Counted from the stretch's first letter, positions 31,266 through 40,520 are shown. The stretch is 64,000 nt of DNA from Lachnospiraceae bacterium (GCA_028692275.1 JAQUXR010000001.1:67700-131699); one strand, 5' to 3'. A program made the numbers and translations. Notes: generated by a model not told the origin, from the sequence alone.

Positions 31266-31300
31266 GTAAATAAGAGATTGAACCCTTAGATTCAATCTCT
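31266..31300 (-). terminator. putative weak terminator/hairpin after ilvN
   Basis: mRNA sense AGAGATTGAA-tctaaggg-TTCAATCTCT followed by tatttac (a poor U-tract). Confidence 0.4.
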
Positions 31301-31312
31301 TTTTAAATCTGT

Positions 31313-31789
31313 CTATTCATCCTTTTGTAAAGCTATAACCCCGGTCCGTGCCATCTCAATAATACCATAAGGCTGAATAATCTTTATAAAACTATCCGCC
31401 ACCTCCGGACTTGCATTCAACTCAACAATCATACTTTTCACAGATACATGCGCAATTTTTGCATTCATAATCATACAAATCTCCATAATATCCTTCCGGT
31501 TCGTATTGTTGTAGGAAACCTTTATCATGAGAGATTCTCTGGCTATGCTCTGCTGTTCCTTTAACCGACGTACTTTAATAACATCAATCTTCTTGTTCAG
31601 CTGTTTCTCAATCTGGTCAATAACTCTGACATCTCCGGTAGAAACGATGGTCATGTTGGATATCTCAGGATTCTCTGTTTCACCAACGGCAAGACTATCA
31701 ATGTTATATCCCCGGCGTGCAAACAGCCCGGCAGTTTTCGACAAAACACCGGAACGGTTCTCTACTAATACTGAAAATATACCTTTCAT
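31313..31789 (-). CDS. ilvN: acetolactate synthase small (regulatory) subunit
   Basis: 158 aa with ACT domain FSVLVENRSGVLSKTAGLFARRGYNIDSLAV. Lies directly after the large subunit. Confidence 0.9.
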   Translation of the reverse strand: MKGIFSVLVENRSGVLSKTAGLFARRGYNIDSLAVGETENPEISNMTIVSTGDVRVIDQIEKQLNKKIDVIKVRRLKEQQSIARESLMIKVSYNNTNRKDIMEICMIMNAKIAHVSVKSMIVELNASPEVADSFIKIIQPYGIIEMARTGVIALQKDE

Positions 31790-31795
31790 CCGTTT

Positions 31796-33412
31796 CTACT
31801 CCTTTACTTTATCAAATTTATAGACATCACAAACCATTAATGCCGAGTTATTGCAAGCGAGAAATTCTTCAATGGTCTGGTCCATAAGGTCCATATCCTT
31901 CAAATAAAAATAGTCCATACCATAAGCACCACTCAGTTTTTCCAAATCCGGAATATCTTCAAGACTTACAGCAATATAGTGTTCATTATAATTATTATAC
32001 TGATATTCACGCACTAAACCTAAATATCTGTTTTTCATGATAATAATCTTAAACTTCACATCATATTGGCACATGGTTGCCAGTTCCATCATAGACATCT
32101 GGAAAGAGCCATCGCCACATACCGCAACAACCTGTCGTTCCGGTGCTGCCATCTTTGCACCAAGAGCTGCCGGAATGGAATAACCCATCGTTCCGAAACC
32201 TCCTGTTGTCAAAAAACGGCCCTTCTTCATCACATAGTTATCCGCCGACCATAACTGGTTCTGTCCAACATCTGCCACATAAACTGCATTCTCATCCATG
32301 CGGTCTGTCAGATGTTCTACAAAAAGGCAGGGATTAATATAACCCTCGTGGAAGGTTCTCCGGTCTACACAGTTTCTCTTAATCTCTCTTAATTCATCCG
32401 TCCACTCGTCATAAGATGTATCAATCTCATACTCCAAAAGACGTTCAAATATGAGCCGGGCATCCCCAACTAACGGAATGGTAGGACCTATATTCTTTCC
32501 AATCTCAGCCGTATCAATGTCAATATGTACAATCAAACGATCCTGCTCCAGCTTGGAAGGTGCTCCAACCGCACGGTCATTGACTCTGGCACCAACAATA
32601 ATGAGCAAATCACTTTCAGACACTGCTCTATTGGCATAAGGCTTACCATTGACTCCCAGCATTCCAAAAAACAACGGATGACGCTTGGCTATACTTCCTA
32701 CCCCCATCATCGTTGTAACAATCGGAATACCTGTTTTTTCACAAAATTCCTGAATAGCATGCTCTGCATGCCCTAAAATAACACCGCCACCTGCACATAT
32801 TAATGGTCGTTTCGCCTTTTTGATAGCTTCAATAACCTTCTTAATCTGGACAATATGGCCCTGAACCTTTGGCTTATAGCCTCGAATCGAAATCTCTCCC
32901 GGTTCCTTATAGTCAAATTCCTGTTTCTGGATATCAATCGGCACATCAATCAAAACTGGACCCTGACGTCCTGTAGAGGCAATATAAAATGCTTCTTTAA
33001 ATATACGCGGAATATCATTCACGTTCTTCACAAGATAACTAAACTTCACAAAAGGCTCACAAGCCCCTGTAATATCAGCTTCCTGAAACACGTCTTTTCC
33101 TAAAAGTTCTGTTGACACCTGTCCGGTTATCGCAACCATCGGTATGCTGTCCGCATAAGCTGTTGCCAGACCTGTAATCAAATTCGTTGCTCCTGGTCCT
33201 GATGTGGCTATACACACTGCCGGCTTACGCGTTATCCGCGCATATCCACTGGCTGCATGGCCACCATTCTGTTCCTGTCGCACCAGAACACTCTGAATCT
33301 TCGAATCATATAAACTATTATAAAATGGAGCAATTGCTACTCCCGGATAGCCGAATACCACGCCAATCCCTTGAGCTTCCAAACACTTCACCATGGCATC
33401 TGCACCTGTCAT
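31796..33412 (-). CDS. ilvB: acetolactate synthase large subunit (ThDP-dependent)
   Basis: 538 aa with GADAMVKCLEAQGIGVVFGYPG, SGPGATNL and the ThDP motif GDGSFQM. Confidence 0.88.
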   Translation of the reverse strand: MTGADAMVKCLEAQGIGVVFGYPGVAIAPFYNSLYDSKIQSVLVRQEQNGGHAASGYARITRKPAVCIATSGPGATNLITGLATAYADSIPMVAITGQVSTELLGKDVFQEADITGACEPFVKFSYLVKNVNDIPRIFKEAFYIASTGRQGPVLIDVPIDIQKQEFDYKEPGEISIRGYKPKVQGHIVQIKKVIEAIKKAKRPLICAGGGVILGHAEHAIQEFCEKTGIPIVTTMMGVGSIAKRHPLFFGMLGVNGKPYANRAVSESDLLIIVGARVNDRAVGAPSKLEQDRLIVHIDIDTAEIGKNIGPTIPLVGDARLIFERLLEYEIDTSYDEWTDELREIKRNCVDRRTFHEGYINPCLFVEHLTDRMDENAVYVADVGQNQLWSADNYVMKKGRFLTTGGFGTMGYSIPAALGAKMAAPERQVVAVCGDGSFQMSMMELATMCQYDVKFKIIIMKNRYLGLVREYQYNNYNEHYIAVSLEDIPDLEKLSGAYGMDYFYLKDMDLMDQTIEEFLACNNSALMVCDVYKFDKVKE

Positions 33413-33486
33413 TCCACTTCACCCCCGTCATAAATCCTATATCTATATATATTAATTCATCTTTTACCGACATTCAACAACTATTT

Positions 33487-34011
33487 TTAGTCCTTCCAGA
33501 GTTTGCCATAAACATCTGCAAAAACCCGGTCTCCCATATATCTGTCAATGGGCTCTTTGGCTTTCCCTGCTTCTCCAATAGACATCAGCCCCAGTGGTTC
33601 AATGCCTTCCGGAAGTTTGCACAGTTCTTTCATACATTTAATTCTGTCTTCTTTCGGATACACGCCCATCCACAACGTTCCCAGACCTAAATCTGTTGCT
33701 TCCAGGAGCATATTTTCCATAGCAGCTGCACAGTCCTGAATCCACCAGCCCTGACCGGGATCTTTTTCCTCAGATAAATCTGCACACACTAAAACCGCCG
33801 CCTGTGCCGTCTTTAAGGCAAAGGCATTGACATGGACTTTGCAAAATTCTTCGAAGATATTTTTATCTCTTATGACAATAAATACCCATTCCATGCTGTT
33901 TTTAGCACTTGGTGCCGCCATTCCGGCCTTTAGAATCTGTTTAATCTCTTCATCCGTAACCGGTCTGTCCGTATATTTTCTTACGCTACGTCTTTTAAAT
34001 ATTGTATCCAT
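33487..34011 (-). CDS. nitroreductase family protein
   Basis: 174 aa starting MDTIFKRRSVRKYTDRPVTDEEIKQILKAGMAAPSAKN. Confidence 0.85.
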   Translation of the reverse strand: MDTIFKRRSVRKYTDRPVTDEEIKQILKAGMAAPSAKNSMEWVFIVIRDKNIFEEFCKVHVNAFALKTAQAAVLVCADLSEEKDPGQGWWIQDCAAAMENMLLEATDLGLGTLWMGVYPKEDRIKCMKELCKLPEGIEPLGLMSIGEAGKAKEPIDRYMGDRVFADVYGKLWKD

Positions 34012-34595
34012 TATAATTCCTCCATGGCCTCGTTAATCTGTGCTTCACAGCTGCGCATAGCCAGAATTGTTTTTTCAAATAAATCATTTAAATCCCAGCC
34101 TAATCTTTCAGCACCATCACGAATAACATCTCTCGAACAGCCTGCAGCAAACTTTTTATCCTTAAACTTCTTTTTCAAGCTGGAAACTTCCATATCCATA
34201 ACACTTTTTGATGGTCTCATCCGCGCTGCCGCACCAATCAGCCCCGTTAGTTCATCGGAAGCAAAGAGCACTTTTTCCATCTCATGCTTTGGTTCAAGAT
34301 TACAGCAGATTCCATAACCGTGACTGCATATGGAGTAAATCATATCTTCACCCACACCGGCTTCTCGCAATAATTCCGGTGCTTTCTGGCAATGCTGTTC
34401 CGGATACAATTCAAAATCTATATCGTGAAGCAGACCAACAATCGCCCAGTATTCAGCATCTTCCCCGAATCCCAGTTCACCTGCATACCAGCGCATCACG
34501 CCTTCCACGGTCAATCCATGTTGTATATGAAAAGGCTCTTTATTGTATTTTTTTAGTAATTCAAGAGCATCCGCTCTGTTAATTTTACTTTCCAT
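34011..34595 (-). CDS. HD-domain phosphohydrolase
   Basis: Trimmed to ATG 34595 (GGAGG 8 nt upstream). HD motif at H..GLLHDIDF. Confidence 0.8.
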   Translation of the reverse strand: MESKINRADALELLKKYNKEPFHIQHGLTVEGVMRWYAGELGFGEDAEYWAIVGLLHDIDFELYPEQHCQKAPELLREAGVGEDMIYSICSHGYGICCNLEPKHEMEKVLFASDELTGLIGAAARMRPSKSVMDMEVSSLKKKFKDKKFAAGCSRDVIRDGAERLGWDLNDLFEKTILAMRSCEAQINEAMEEL

Positions 34596-34618
34596 CGAAT
34601 CTTCCTCCAACCTTATCT

Positions 34619-36442
34619 TTAAAAATGTAATTTCTTATGCAATTCAGCTCTCATGTCCTTGCCTTTGAAAATAAAGAGTCCCGCAAGAAGAAGAAAGTTC
34701 AGTCCACCACTAATGACAGACAAATACTGCACATGTACTAAGCCAATCACAAAAAGCAATAGTGGAATCATGCCAAAAATACCTGCAATAATATAGTAAA
34801 TCATATATTCTTCCACTTTAAGCTTCTGAATTCTCGTAATAACCATAAATGCTGCTGTTACCGCCAGACAAATTGCCGGAAAGGCGTAATCCAGTGACCA
34901 TCCCCTCCATCCGGTAAAGCGGTCCCACAAAATGCAGCCCACCGAAAAGACAATTAACTGCCACAAACCATTTTTTAGCAGATTGTGACGTTTGAAAAAT
35001 CCAATGGACGTTGTTACCCACATACTCAGGGTAATTCCTATCGCCAGCAAAAACCAGTCTCTTGATGGTGTGAATATGGTATTAATCATAAAAGCCAAAA
35101 CACCAATCAAAATACAGCTAAAAGTGAACCACTGGAAAAATTTCCGTCCGCCGTAATGTCCCTCTTGCTCTTCCGGAAACTGATCTTTAAGAATTTCCGC
35201 ACTGACACCAAAATTTTTCAACATGCGGAAGAAATTCCGTTCAATATTTTTCGATTCAAAAGCGGATGCAAAGCTCAGCATCACATCATCTTCAAAAGAA
35301 CACATACTGAGCTGAAGCTTTGCTGTACTGATAAAAACACCAAACCGGTGAACATATTCTGCATACTCCGGCGGCAGGGTGATAATTCCTACATTTGAGA
35401 GAATAGCTGTCAAATCTTTCCCGGCCACTTTATTCGCCAGCTGCAGCACAGGATTCTTCAATTCCAATGGCACCATCCGGATAAGTGGATTCTGTTCAAA
35501 ATCCATATACTTATTCATATGTTTTTCAAGTCGCTCCGGCGTCAGTTCCTTTTTAAAATAGGCATCGACCGTTTTAACAACCTCTTCAAAGCTATAATCT
35601 CCACCGTCAAAGCCATATCCCGGTTCAATCCATCCAAAAAAATTCAACATGGATTCTGACGGAAAATAGTTTCTCAGATTTACAGGAACCATAAGAATAA
35701 CATCTTTCTGACTCTGGCGGCCACTCATCTCCTCATGAATCGCACATAGCAGAATCGAGGATAAAAATACAGTAACCGAGACGCCAAACTCCTTTGCCTT
35801 CTTTTTCAATTCACGGCTGGATACAAGACCTTCCGTCACATTCAGATTTCCATAGCCAGCCTTGGGTCCTGTGATTCTGCAAGGCTTTTCCCGCTTCTGC
35901 AGCTCCGTTTTATCTTTGACCGTTTTTCTATAATATTTGGAAAAGCTGTCATTTTCCCAGTCCTGTAAGGTTACGTCCTCTTTCGTAAAAGGCAGATCCG
36001 GCAGATTCTTATCCTTGTGGCTTATAAGCAGATAATTCTTAACCAGCTCCTTTAAAAACTGGACAGCACCGGTCCCATCTGTCAAGGCGTGATAAACTTC
36101 AAAGTTAATCCGGTTTCTATAATAATTCACCTGAAACAAAAGTTTTTTCTGGTCACGAATATACAGGTTCATACATGGCGGTTCCTTTTCCGGCGATACG
36201 ACGGCCGGAAGGTCACTCTTCTCCAGATAATACCAAAACAAACCTTTTCGCATAACCGAACGAAACATAGGATATTTCTCCATCGTCCGGTCCAGAGCCT
36301 CTTGCAGGACATCTCCATCAATACTCTCGTTTAATTCACAATAAAATCGAAATACGCGCGTATCCTTGCGGCCACTGGTCGCAGGAAAAATCTTTGCTGC
36401 ATTATCCAGCTTACGCCAGCGTTTTCCCTTTATTTCTAACAT
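34619..36442 (-). CDS. HxxxD-type (condensation/WS-DGAT/PapA5-like) acyltransferase fused to a polytopic C-terminal membrane domain
   Basis: 607 aa with catalytic-type motif YHALTDGTG at about residue 117. The C-terminal 170 aa carries about 6 hydrophobic helices (DUF6320-like by recollection). Confidence 0.6.
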   Translation of the reverse strand: MLEIKGKRWRKLDNAAKIFPATSGRKDTRVFRFYCELNESIDGDVLQEALDRTMEKYPMFRSVMRKGLFWYYLEKSDLPAVVSPEKEPPCMNLYIRDQKKLLFQVNYYRNRINFEVYHALTDGTGAVQFLKELVKNYLLISHKDKNLPDLPFTKEDVTLQDWENDSFSKYYRKTVKDKTELQKREKPCRITGPKAGYGNLNVTEGLVSSRELKKKAKEFGVSVTVFLSSILLCAIHEEMSGRQSQKDVILMVPVNLRNYFPSESMLNFFGWIEPGYGFDGGDYSFEEVVKTVDAYFKKELTPERLEKHMNKYMDFEQNPLIRMVPLELKNPVLQLANKVAGKDLTAILSNVGIITLPPEYAEYVHRFGVFISTAKLQLSMCSFEDDVMLSFASAFESKNIERNFFRMLKNFGVSAEILKDQFPEEQEGHYGGRKFFQWFTFSCILIGVLAFMINTIFTPSRDWFLLAIGITLSMWVTTSIGFFKRHNLLKNGLWQLIVFSVGCILWDRFTGWRGWSLDYAFPAICLAVTAAFMVITRIQKLKVEEYMIYYIIAGIFGMIPLLLFVIGLVHVQYLSVISGGLNFLLLAGLFIFKGKDMRAELHKKLHF

Positions 36443-36445
36443 GGG

Positions 36446-37372
36446 CTAACACTCCCCCAAAAAATGATTAATAATCTCAAAACTTTCCTGAACATGATAA
36501 TGTTTAATTCCCAGGGCAAAATATCCATGAAGGGCATCTTTAACACGGTGCATCTCCACCATATTCCCTGCCTCCTCCAACCGTTTTCCATAGGCTTCCC
36601 CTTCATCCCGAAGAGGGTCATATTCTGCTGTTATAATCAGCGTCTTTGGCTGTCCGGATAAATCTTTCGCCAGTATCGGAGCAAAATATGGGTTCTGTAA
36701 ATCTTCTTCCTTGCTTTTATACAAATCCTGATACTGCTGAATCTTTAAAGCCGTCAGAAAAAAATCCTCTCCATTATCATGAACAGATTCAAATGGAGAT
36801 GTTTCTGTATAGTCGTTATTCACCGCAGGATAAATAAGAATCTGCTGTTTTGGCAGAAACTCCCCCCGGTCCTTCGCCATCAGGGATATGGCCGCAGTAA
36901 GATTACCTCCCGCACTATCGCCTACCAGCGTAATATCTTCCGGGTCTACATTCAAAATAAAGCGATTTGTAAACAATGCCTTCGCCACCGCATAACAGTC
37001 TTCCAATCCTGTCGGGAAAGGGAACTCTGGTGCCAACCGGTATTCAACGGACACAACTGCCCGCTCTGTGGCCTTTGCCATCAATGCACAAACTCTGTCA
37101 TAGTTATCTACACTTTCCGTAATCCATCCGCCCCCATGCAAAAAGAGCAGAACCTTTAGATGATTATCCTGATTCCCTATATCCTCACCGGGCAGATAAA
37201 TCCGGGTTGGCACTTCATAATCGCCGTTGTAAATCTTATAATCGATCTTTTTACTTAAAAACTTTAGTGGGTCCAGAGCTTTCAGATTCGCTATAACTCT
37301 GGAGGATTCAACATCCACACCACCATAGGAAAGCACTTTGAGCAGTTTCCGCATTGCTTTATTAATCGCCAT
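36446..37372 (-). CDS. alpha/beta hydrolase, hormone-sensitive-lipase-type esterase
   Basis: Oxyanion motif HGGGW, nucleophile elbow GDSAGG, then DPLRDEG and HGYF. Trimmed to ATG 37372 (GGAGA upstream). Its stop lies 3 nt before the acyltransferase ATG. Confidence 0.82.
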   Translation of the reverse strand: MAINKAMRKLLKVLSYGGVDVESSRVIANLKALDPLKFLSKKIDYKIYNGDYEVPTRIYLPGEDIGNQDNHLKVLLFLHGGGWITESVDNYDRVCALMAKATERAVVSVEYRLAPEFPFPTGLEDCYAVAKALFTNRFILNVDPEDITLVGDSAGGNLTAAISLMAKDRGEFLPKQQILIYPAVNNDYTETSPFESVHDNGEDFFLTALKIQQYQDLYKSKEEDLQNPYFAPILAKDLSGQPKTLIITAEYDPLRDEGEAYGKRLEEAGNMVEMHRVKDALHGYFALGIKHYHVQESFEIINHFLGEC

Positions 37373-37417
37373 ATTATTCTCCATTTTCATGTTGATTGTT
37401 TTTTTCGTCGTGCATTT

Positions 37418-37446
37418 ATTATATAACATTGGCCGTCCGAATACAA
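37418..37446 (-). promoter_or_regulatory. possible promoter of the esterase-acyltransferase operon
   Basis: Minus strand TTGTAT, 17 nt, TATAAT, located between the upstream terminator and the esterase start. Confidence 0.4.
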
Positions 37447-37473
37447 CTAGAGGTTCTTTAGTCAGTAAAAGCA

Positions 37474-37516
37474 AAGAGGGCTTCTCCGCAAATCATTTTG
37501 CAAGGAAGCCCTCTTG
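37474..37516 (-). terminator. intrinsic terminator after the aldo/keto reductase gene
   Basis: mRNA sense AAGAGGGCTTC..(GCAAA-atga-TTTGC)..GAAGCCCTCTT followed by tgctttt. Confidence 0.65.
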
Positions 37517-37526
37517 ATATTAAATT

Positions 37527-38666
37527 CTACTGTTCTGCTTTCTTTTCCTGTTTAAATGCTTTTGCAACTTTTTCCAACTCATCGCGAATCGAAATATGCT
37601 GCGGACAAGCCTCTTCACATTTACCGCATTTGATGCATTCGATTGCCTTCTTTTTGCCATGCGCCCCGACAAGCCACTCACATTCGCTGGATGCACCTGC
37701 ATAATCGTTATACAATGTAAGCATATTCATTGCCGTAAATGAACCTGAAATACCAATTTCCATCGGACAGACTTTTGCACAATAATTACAAGTAGTACAC
37801 GGAATCACCGGATAAGTATCCAGAATTATTCTGGCCTCATTTATCGTTTTCTGCTGTTCATCTGTAAGACCTTTGAAATCCTTCATATATGATAAATTAT
37901 CTTCCATCTGTTCAACATTACTCATTCCGGAAAGAACTGTAATAACTCCTTCCAGACTGGCTGCAAAACGCACTGCCCAGGAAGCACAGGAACTCTCCGG
38001 TTCCGCTTTCTTAAAGACATCTTCCACTTCTTTTGGAGGGTTTGCAAGCATTCCGCCCTTAACCGGTTCCATAATAACAATTGGCATGTTGTATTTCCGT
38101 GCCACTTCATAACAGCCTTTGGACTGAATTGCAGGGTTCTCCCAATCTCCATAATTAATCTGAAGCTGTACGAATTCTGCCTCAGGATGGGCTTTTAAAA
38201 GTTCCTCTAATTCTTCAGGTGTGGAATGGAATGAAAATCCGACATGTTTGATAAGTCCCTCTGCCTTCTTCTCCTGTACAAAATTCCACATATCAAAATC
38301 ATCAAAAAAATGACTTCGCATTTCACCCAGATTATGTAACAGATAGAAATCAAAATAGCCTGCACCTGTACGTTCCAACGATGTTTCAAACTGGGCAACT
38401 GCTTCCTCTCTAGTCTCACACTTAAGCCATGCCGCATTTTTTGTTGCAATGGTATAGCTTTCTCTTGGATAACGTTCTACAAGTGCCTGACGAATAGCCT
38501 CCTCGCTGCCTGCATAGGCCCAGGCTGTATCAAAATATGTAAAACCAGCGTCCATAAATTTGTCAACCATCACCTTGGTCTGTTCCACATCAATCACGCC
38601 TTCATTCTTTGGCAGACGCATCAGTCCAAAACCAAGTTTCTTTATATCTTCTCCTAAATATGCCAT
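37527..38666 (-). CDS. aldo/keto reductase with C-terminal 2x[4Fe-4S] ferredoxin-like domain
   Basis: AKR N-terminus LGFGLMRLP. C-terminal CTTCNYCAKVCP and CIKCGKCEEACP motifs. Trimmed to ATG 38666 (GGAGG 8 nt upstream). Confidence 0.82.
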   Translation of the reverse strand: MAYLGEDIKKLGFGLMRLPKNEGVIDVEQTKVMVDKFMDAGFTYFDTAWAYAGSEEAIRQALVERYPRESYTIATKNAAWLKCETREEAVAQFETSLERTGAGYFDFYLLHNLGEMRSHFFDDFDMWNFVQEKKAEGLIKHVGFSFHSTPEELEELLKAHPEAEFVQLQINYGDWENPAIQSKGCYEVARKYNMPIVIMEPVKGGMLANPPKEVEDVFKKAEPESSCASWAVRFAASLEGVITVLSGMSNVEQMEDNLSYMKDFKGLTDEQQKTINEARIILDTYPVIPCTTCNYCAKVCPMEIGISGSFTAMNMLTLYNDYAGASSECEWLVGAHGKKKAIECIKCGKCEEACPQHISIRDELEKVAKAFKQEKKAEQ

Positions 38667-38683
38667 CTTCTTATCCTCCATTT

Positions 38684-39292
38684 TTACTTTGTTATTATAT
38701 AGGGTTTAAAAATTCCCGCTATTTCAAGCTCACAAAAAAATTCCACCCACTCTCCGGGCTCAAAAGTTCCGTCGGACATGCACCAGCAAAGCATCATTCC
38801 ATAGAGTTGACTGACCAAAAGCCTTGCAAGCTTTTCAACCGGTGTACTTTTACTTAATTCACCGGATTCAACAAAGGACACCAGCAGATTCTCAAGTTCA
38901 CTGATATCATAGGCCAGTTTATCGCCATCTCTGTTTTGAGGCACCGCTTTCGGGTCAATGACCTGACAGGTCCACTGTCTGCACATCTGAATTCCATCAC
39001 GCTCTACACATTTCATAAACCGCATCATATAAATATTCATTTTTTTATAAATATCGATATCTTTCATCTGGCAGATATCCTCACAGAGTTGATGAAAAGG
39101 TTCTCTCGTCATCTCCGGAATAACATCTTCTTTCCTTTTGAAATATGTATAAAATGTTCCCTTTGCAACACCACATGCTTTTGTAATGTCTTCTACTGAA
39201 ACAGAGTCAAAGCCTTTCTCTTCAATCAGTTTTTTTCCCACTTCCAGCAGCTTTTCCCGGGTTTCAAGTGCTGATTTCTGACGTTTTCCCAT
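38684..39292 (-). CDS. TetR/AcrR family transcriptional regulator
   Basis: 202 aa with N-terminal HTH FDSVSVEDITKACGVAKGTFYTYFKRKED. Confidence 0.88.
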   Translation of the reverse strand: MGKRQKSALETREKLLEVGKKLIEEKGFDSVSVEDITKACGVAKGTFYTYFKRKEDVIPEMTREPFHQLCEDICQMKDIDIYKKMNIYMMRFMKCVERDGIQMCRQWTCQVIDPKAVPQNRDGDKLAYDISELENLLVSFVESGELSKSTPVEKLARLLVSQLYGMMLCWCMSDGTFEPGEWVEFFCELEIAGIFKPYIITK

Positions 39293-39325
39293 TTCCTCCC
39301 TACTCCCTTTTTCCTTTGTAAATCT

Positions 39326-39354
39326 GTTATATCATAGAATTGACCGGTAGTCAA
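39326..39354 (-). promoter_or_regulatory. sigma-A type promoter of the tetR/AKR operon
   Basis: Minus strand TTGACT, 17 nt, TATAAC. The -35 box lies inside the palindrome 39335-39373. Confidence 0.65.
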
Positions 39355-39373
39355 TGACTACCGGTCAATTCTA
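39335..39373. promoter_or_regulatory. perfect 17-bp-arm palindrome, candidate TetR operator
   Basis: TAGAATTGACCGGTAGT-caatg-ACTACCGGTCAATTCTA overlaps the -35/spacer of the tetR promoter and the stop codon of the upstream gene. Confidence 0.6.
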
Positions 39374-39877
39374 TTTATTAAAAACTTCTAAATTCGTTTT
39401 TCCACTCTTGCGTCGTGCCTTGCCTGTCATATGTATCGGTGTAATTTCCATAACTGTGGTCAATTCCAGCATTTTTTCGATATATATCTGTCCCTCTTTG
39501 ATGAAGTCTGCTGAATATTTTTCCAGCATTTTATTGAGAGCGGTCAGTATCAAACCGGAATCTTTAATCTCTTCTACTGTACCGAAAACAACCACACTTT
39601 CATAACACGTGCCAAATTTATCCGGCAGAATCTCTGTTTCTCCCACCACTGTAAAGCAGATTTTATGATTCTTTTTAAGATTGTCTTTGCTGTGACTTGC
39701 CTGGCTGGTACAATGAATATATATCTTTCCATCAATGACAACATAGCTGTAAGGAATGGCATAAGGGAAATCATCTTCTCCTGTAGAAGCAAGTATGCCA
39801 TATTCTCCCTTTTCTAAAACTTTCTGAATTTCCAAATCATTCATTGCCCGGTCTTTTCTTCTTATCTCACGAAACAT
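39371..39877 (-). CDS. pyridoxamine 5'-phosphate oxidase family (FMN-binding split barrel, NimA-like) protein
   Basis: Trimmed to ATG 39877. Starts MFREIRRKDRAM and contains GILASTGEDDFPYAIPYSYVVIDGKIYIHC. Confidence 0.75.
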   Translation of the reverse strand: MFREIRRKDRAMNDLEIQKVLEKGEYGILASTGEDDFPYAIPYSYVVIDGKIYIHCTSQASHSKDNLKKNHKICFTVVGETEILPDKFGTCYESVVVFGTVEEIKDSGLILTALNKMLEKYSADFIKEGQIYIEKMLELTTVMEITPIHMTGKARRKSGKTNLEVFNK

Positions 39878-39992
39878 TACTTTTCCCACCTTTATATCTG
39901 TTTGCCTTTTATTGTACAACAAACTTCTTTTGTTGTGTGTTACATATTATATATACAACTATCTGTATTTTATATAAAGATGACACGTTCCA

Positions 39993-40289
39993 TTAACCGG
40001 CTATCTTACTCTGTAGATATTCAAGAACCGCCTTTCGGCTGTATATAACAAACTTATGCTCGAAACCGTCTCTCGTGAAAACATATATGCCATTAGGTAC
40101 AAGACCCAGGGTATTTCTCTTGCCAACCTTGCAGATATCTCTGTATTCGATCCGTGTCTCGCCCCTTTGTATGTTAAGTTTATGGGACTTAAACGTCATG
40201 CCGGTTTCATCAAAATATATCTTTCCACCCACGGCTTCCGGCCCCCTAAAATAATTTGCTAAAATATCTGTATTACAGTAATCTTTCAT
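39993..40289 (-). CDS. hypothetical small protein (98 aa, possibly PH/GRAM-like fold)
   Basis: Trimmed to ATG 40289 (GAGGAG 7 nt upstream). It has its own promoter. No confident family assignment. Confidence 0.5.
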   Translation of the reverse strand: MKDYCNTDILANYFRGPEAVGGKIYFDETGMTFKSHKLNIQRGETRIEYRDICKVGKRNTLGLVPNGIYVFTRDGFEHKFVIYSRKAVLEYLQSKIAG

Positions 40290-40339
40290 CTTTCGTCTCC
40301 TCAATAGCCCAGGCTTTTTCTAATAATAACAATGTCTCT

Positions 40340-40368
40340 ATTTTATCACCAGGATAGTATGAGGGCAA
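40340..40368 (-). promoter_or_regulatory. promoter with extended -10 for the 98-aa gene
   Basis: Minus strand TTGCCC, 17 nt (ending TGa), TAAAAT. Confidence 0.55.
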
Positions 40369-40442
40369 GAAATTAATCTTTCTATATCAATGCTCCGCAT
40401 GGGTGACAAAGGTCGTGGGCTTCGCCGCTTAACAATAAGCAT

Positions 40443-40479
40443 AAAAAAACCCGCTTGAGTGTAAACACTCAGCGGGTTT
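40443..40479 (-). terminator. intrinsic terminator after tuf
   Basis: mRNA sense AAACCCGCTGAGTG-tttac-ACTCAAGCGGGTTT followed by a T-run. Confidence 0.85.
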
Positions 40480-40520
40480 AATATGCTTATTAAATAATCT
40501 TCTCGTTGCTTACGCGAAAA

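Noticed and set aside
33413-33486. Expected ilvB leader peptide, T-box or attenuator.
   Set aside because: Only 74 nt separate ilvB from the upstream nitroreductase gene. I found no Ile/Val/Leu-rich sORF, T-box specifier structure or terminator.
19900-40500. The tuf-rpsJ block as a prophage, genomic island or defence island.
   Set aside because: I recognised no integrase, transposase, phage structural gene, tRNA, flanking direct repeats, restriction-modification genes, toxin-antitoxin genes or nuclease/helicase defence signatures. The contents are metabolic, regulatory or unknown small operons.
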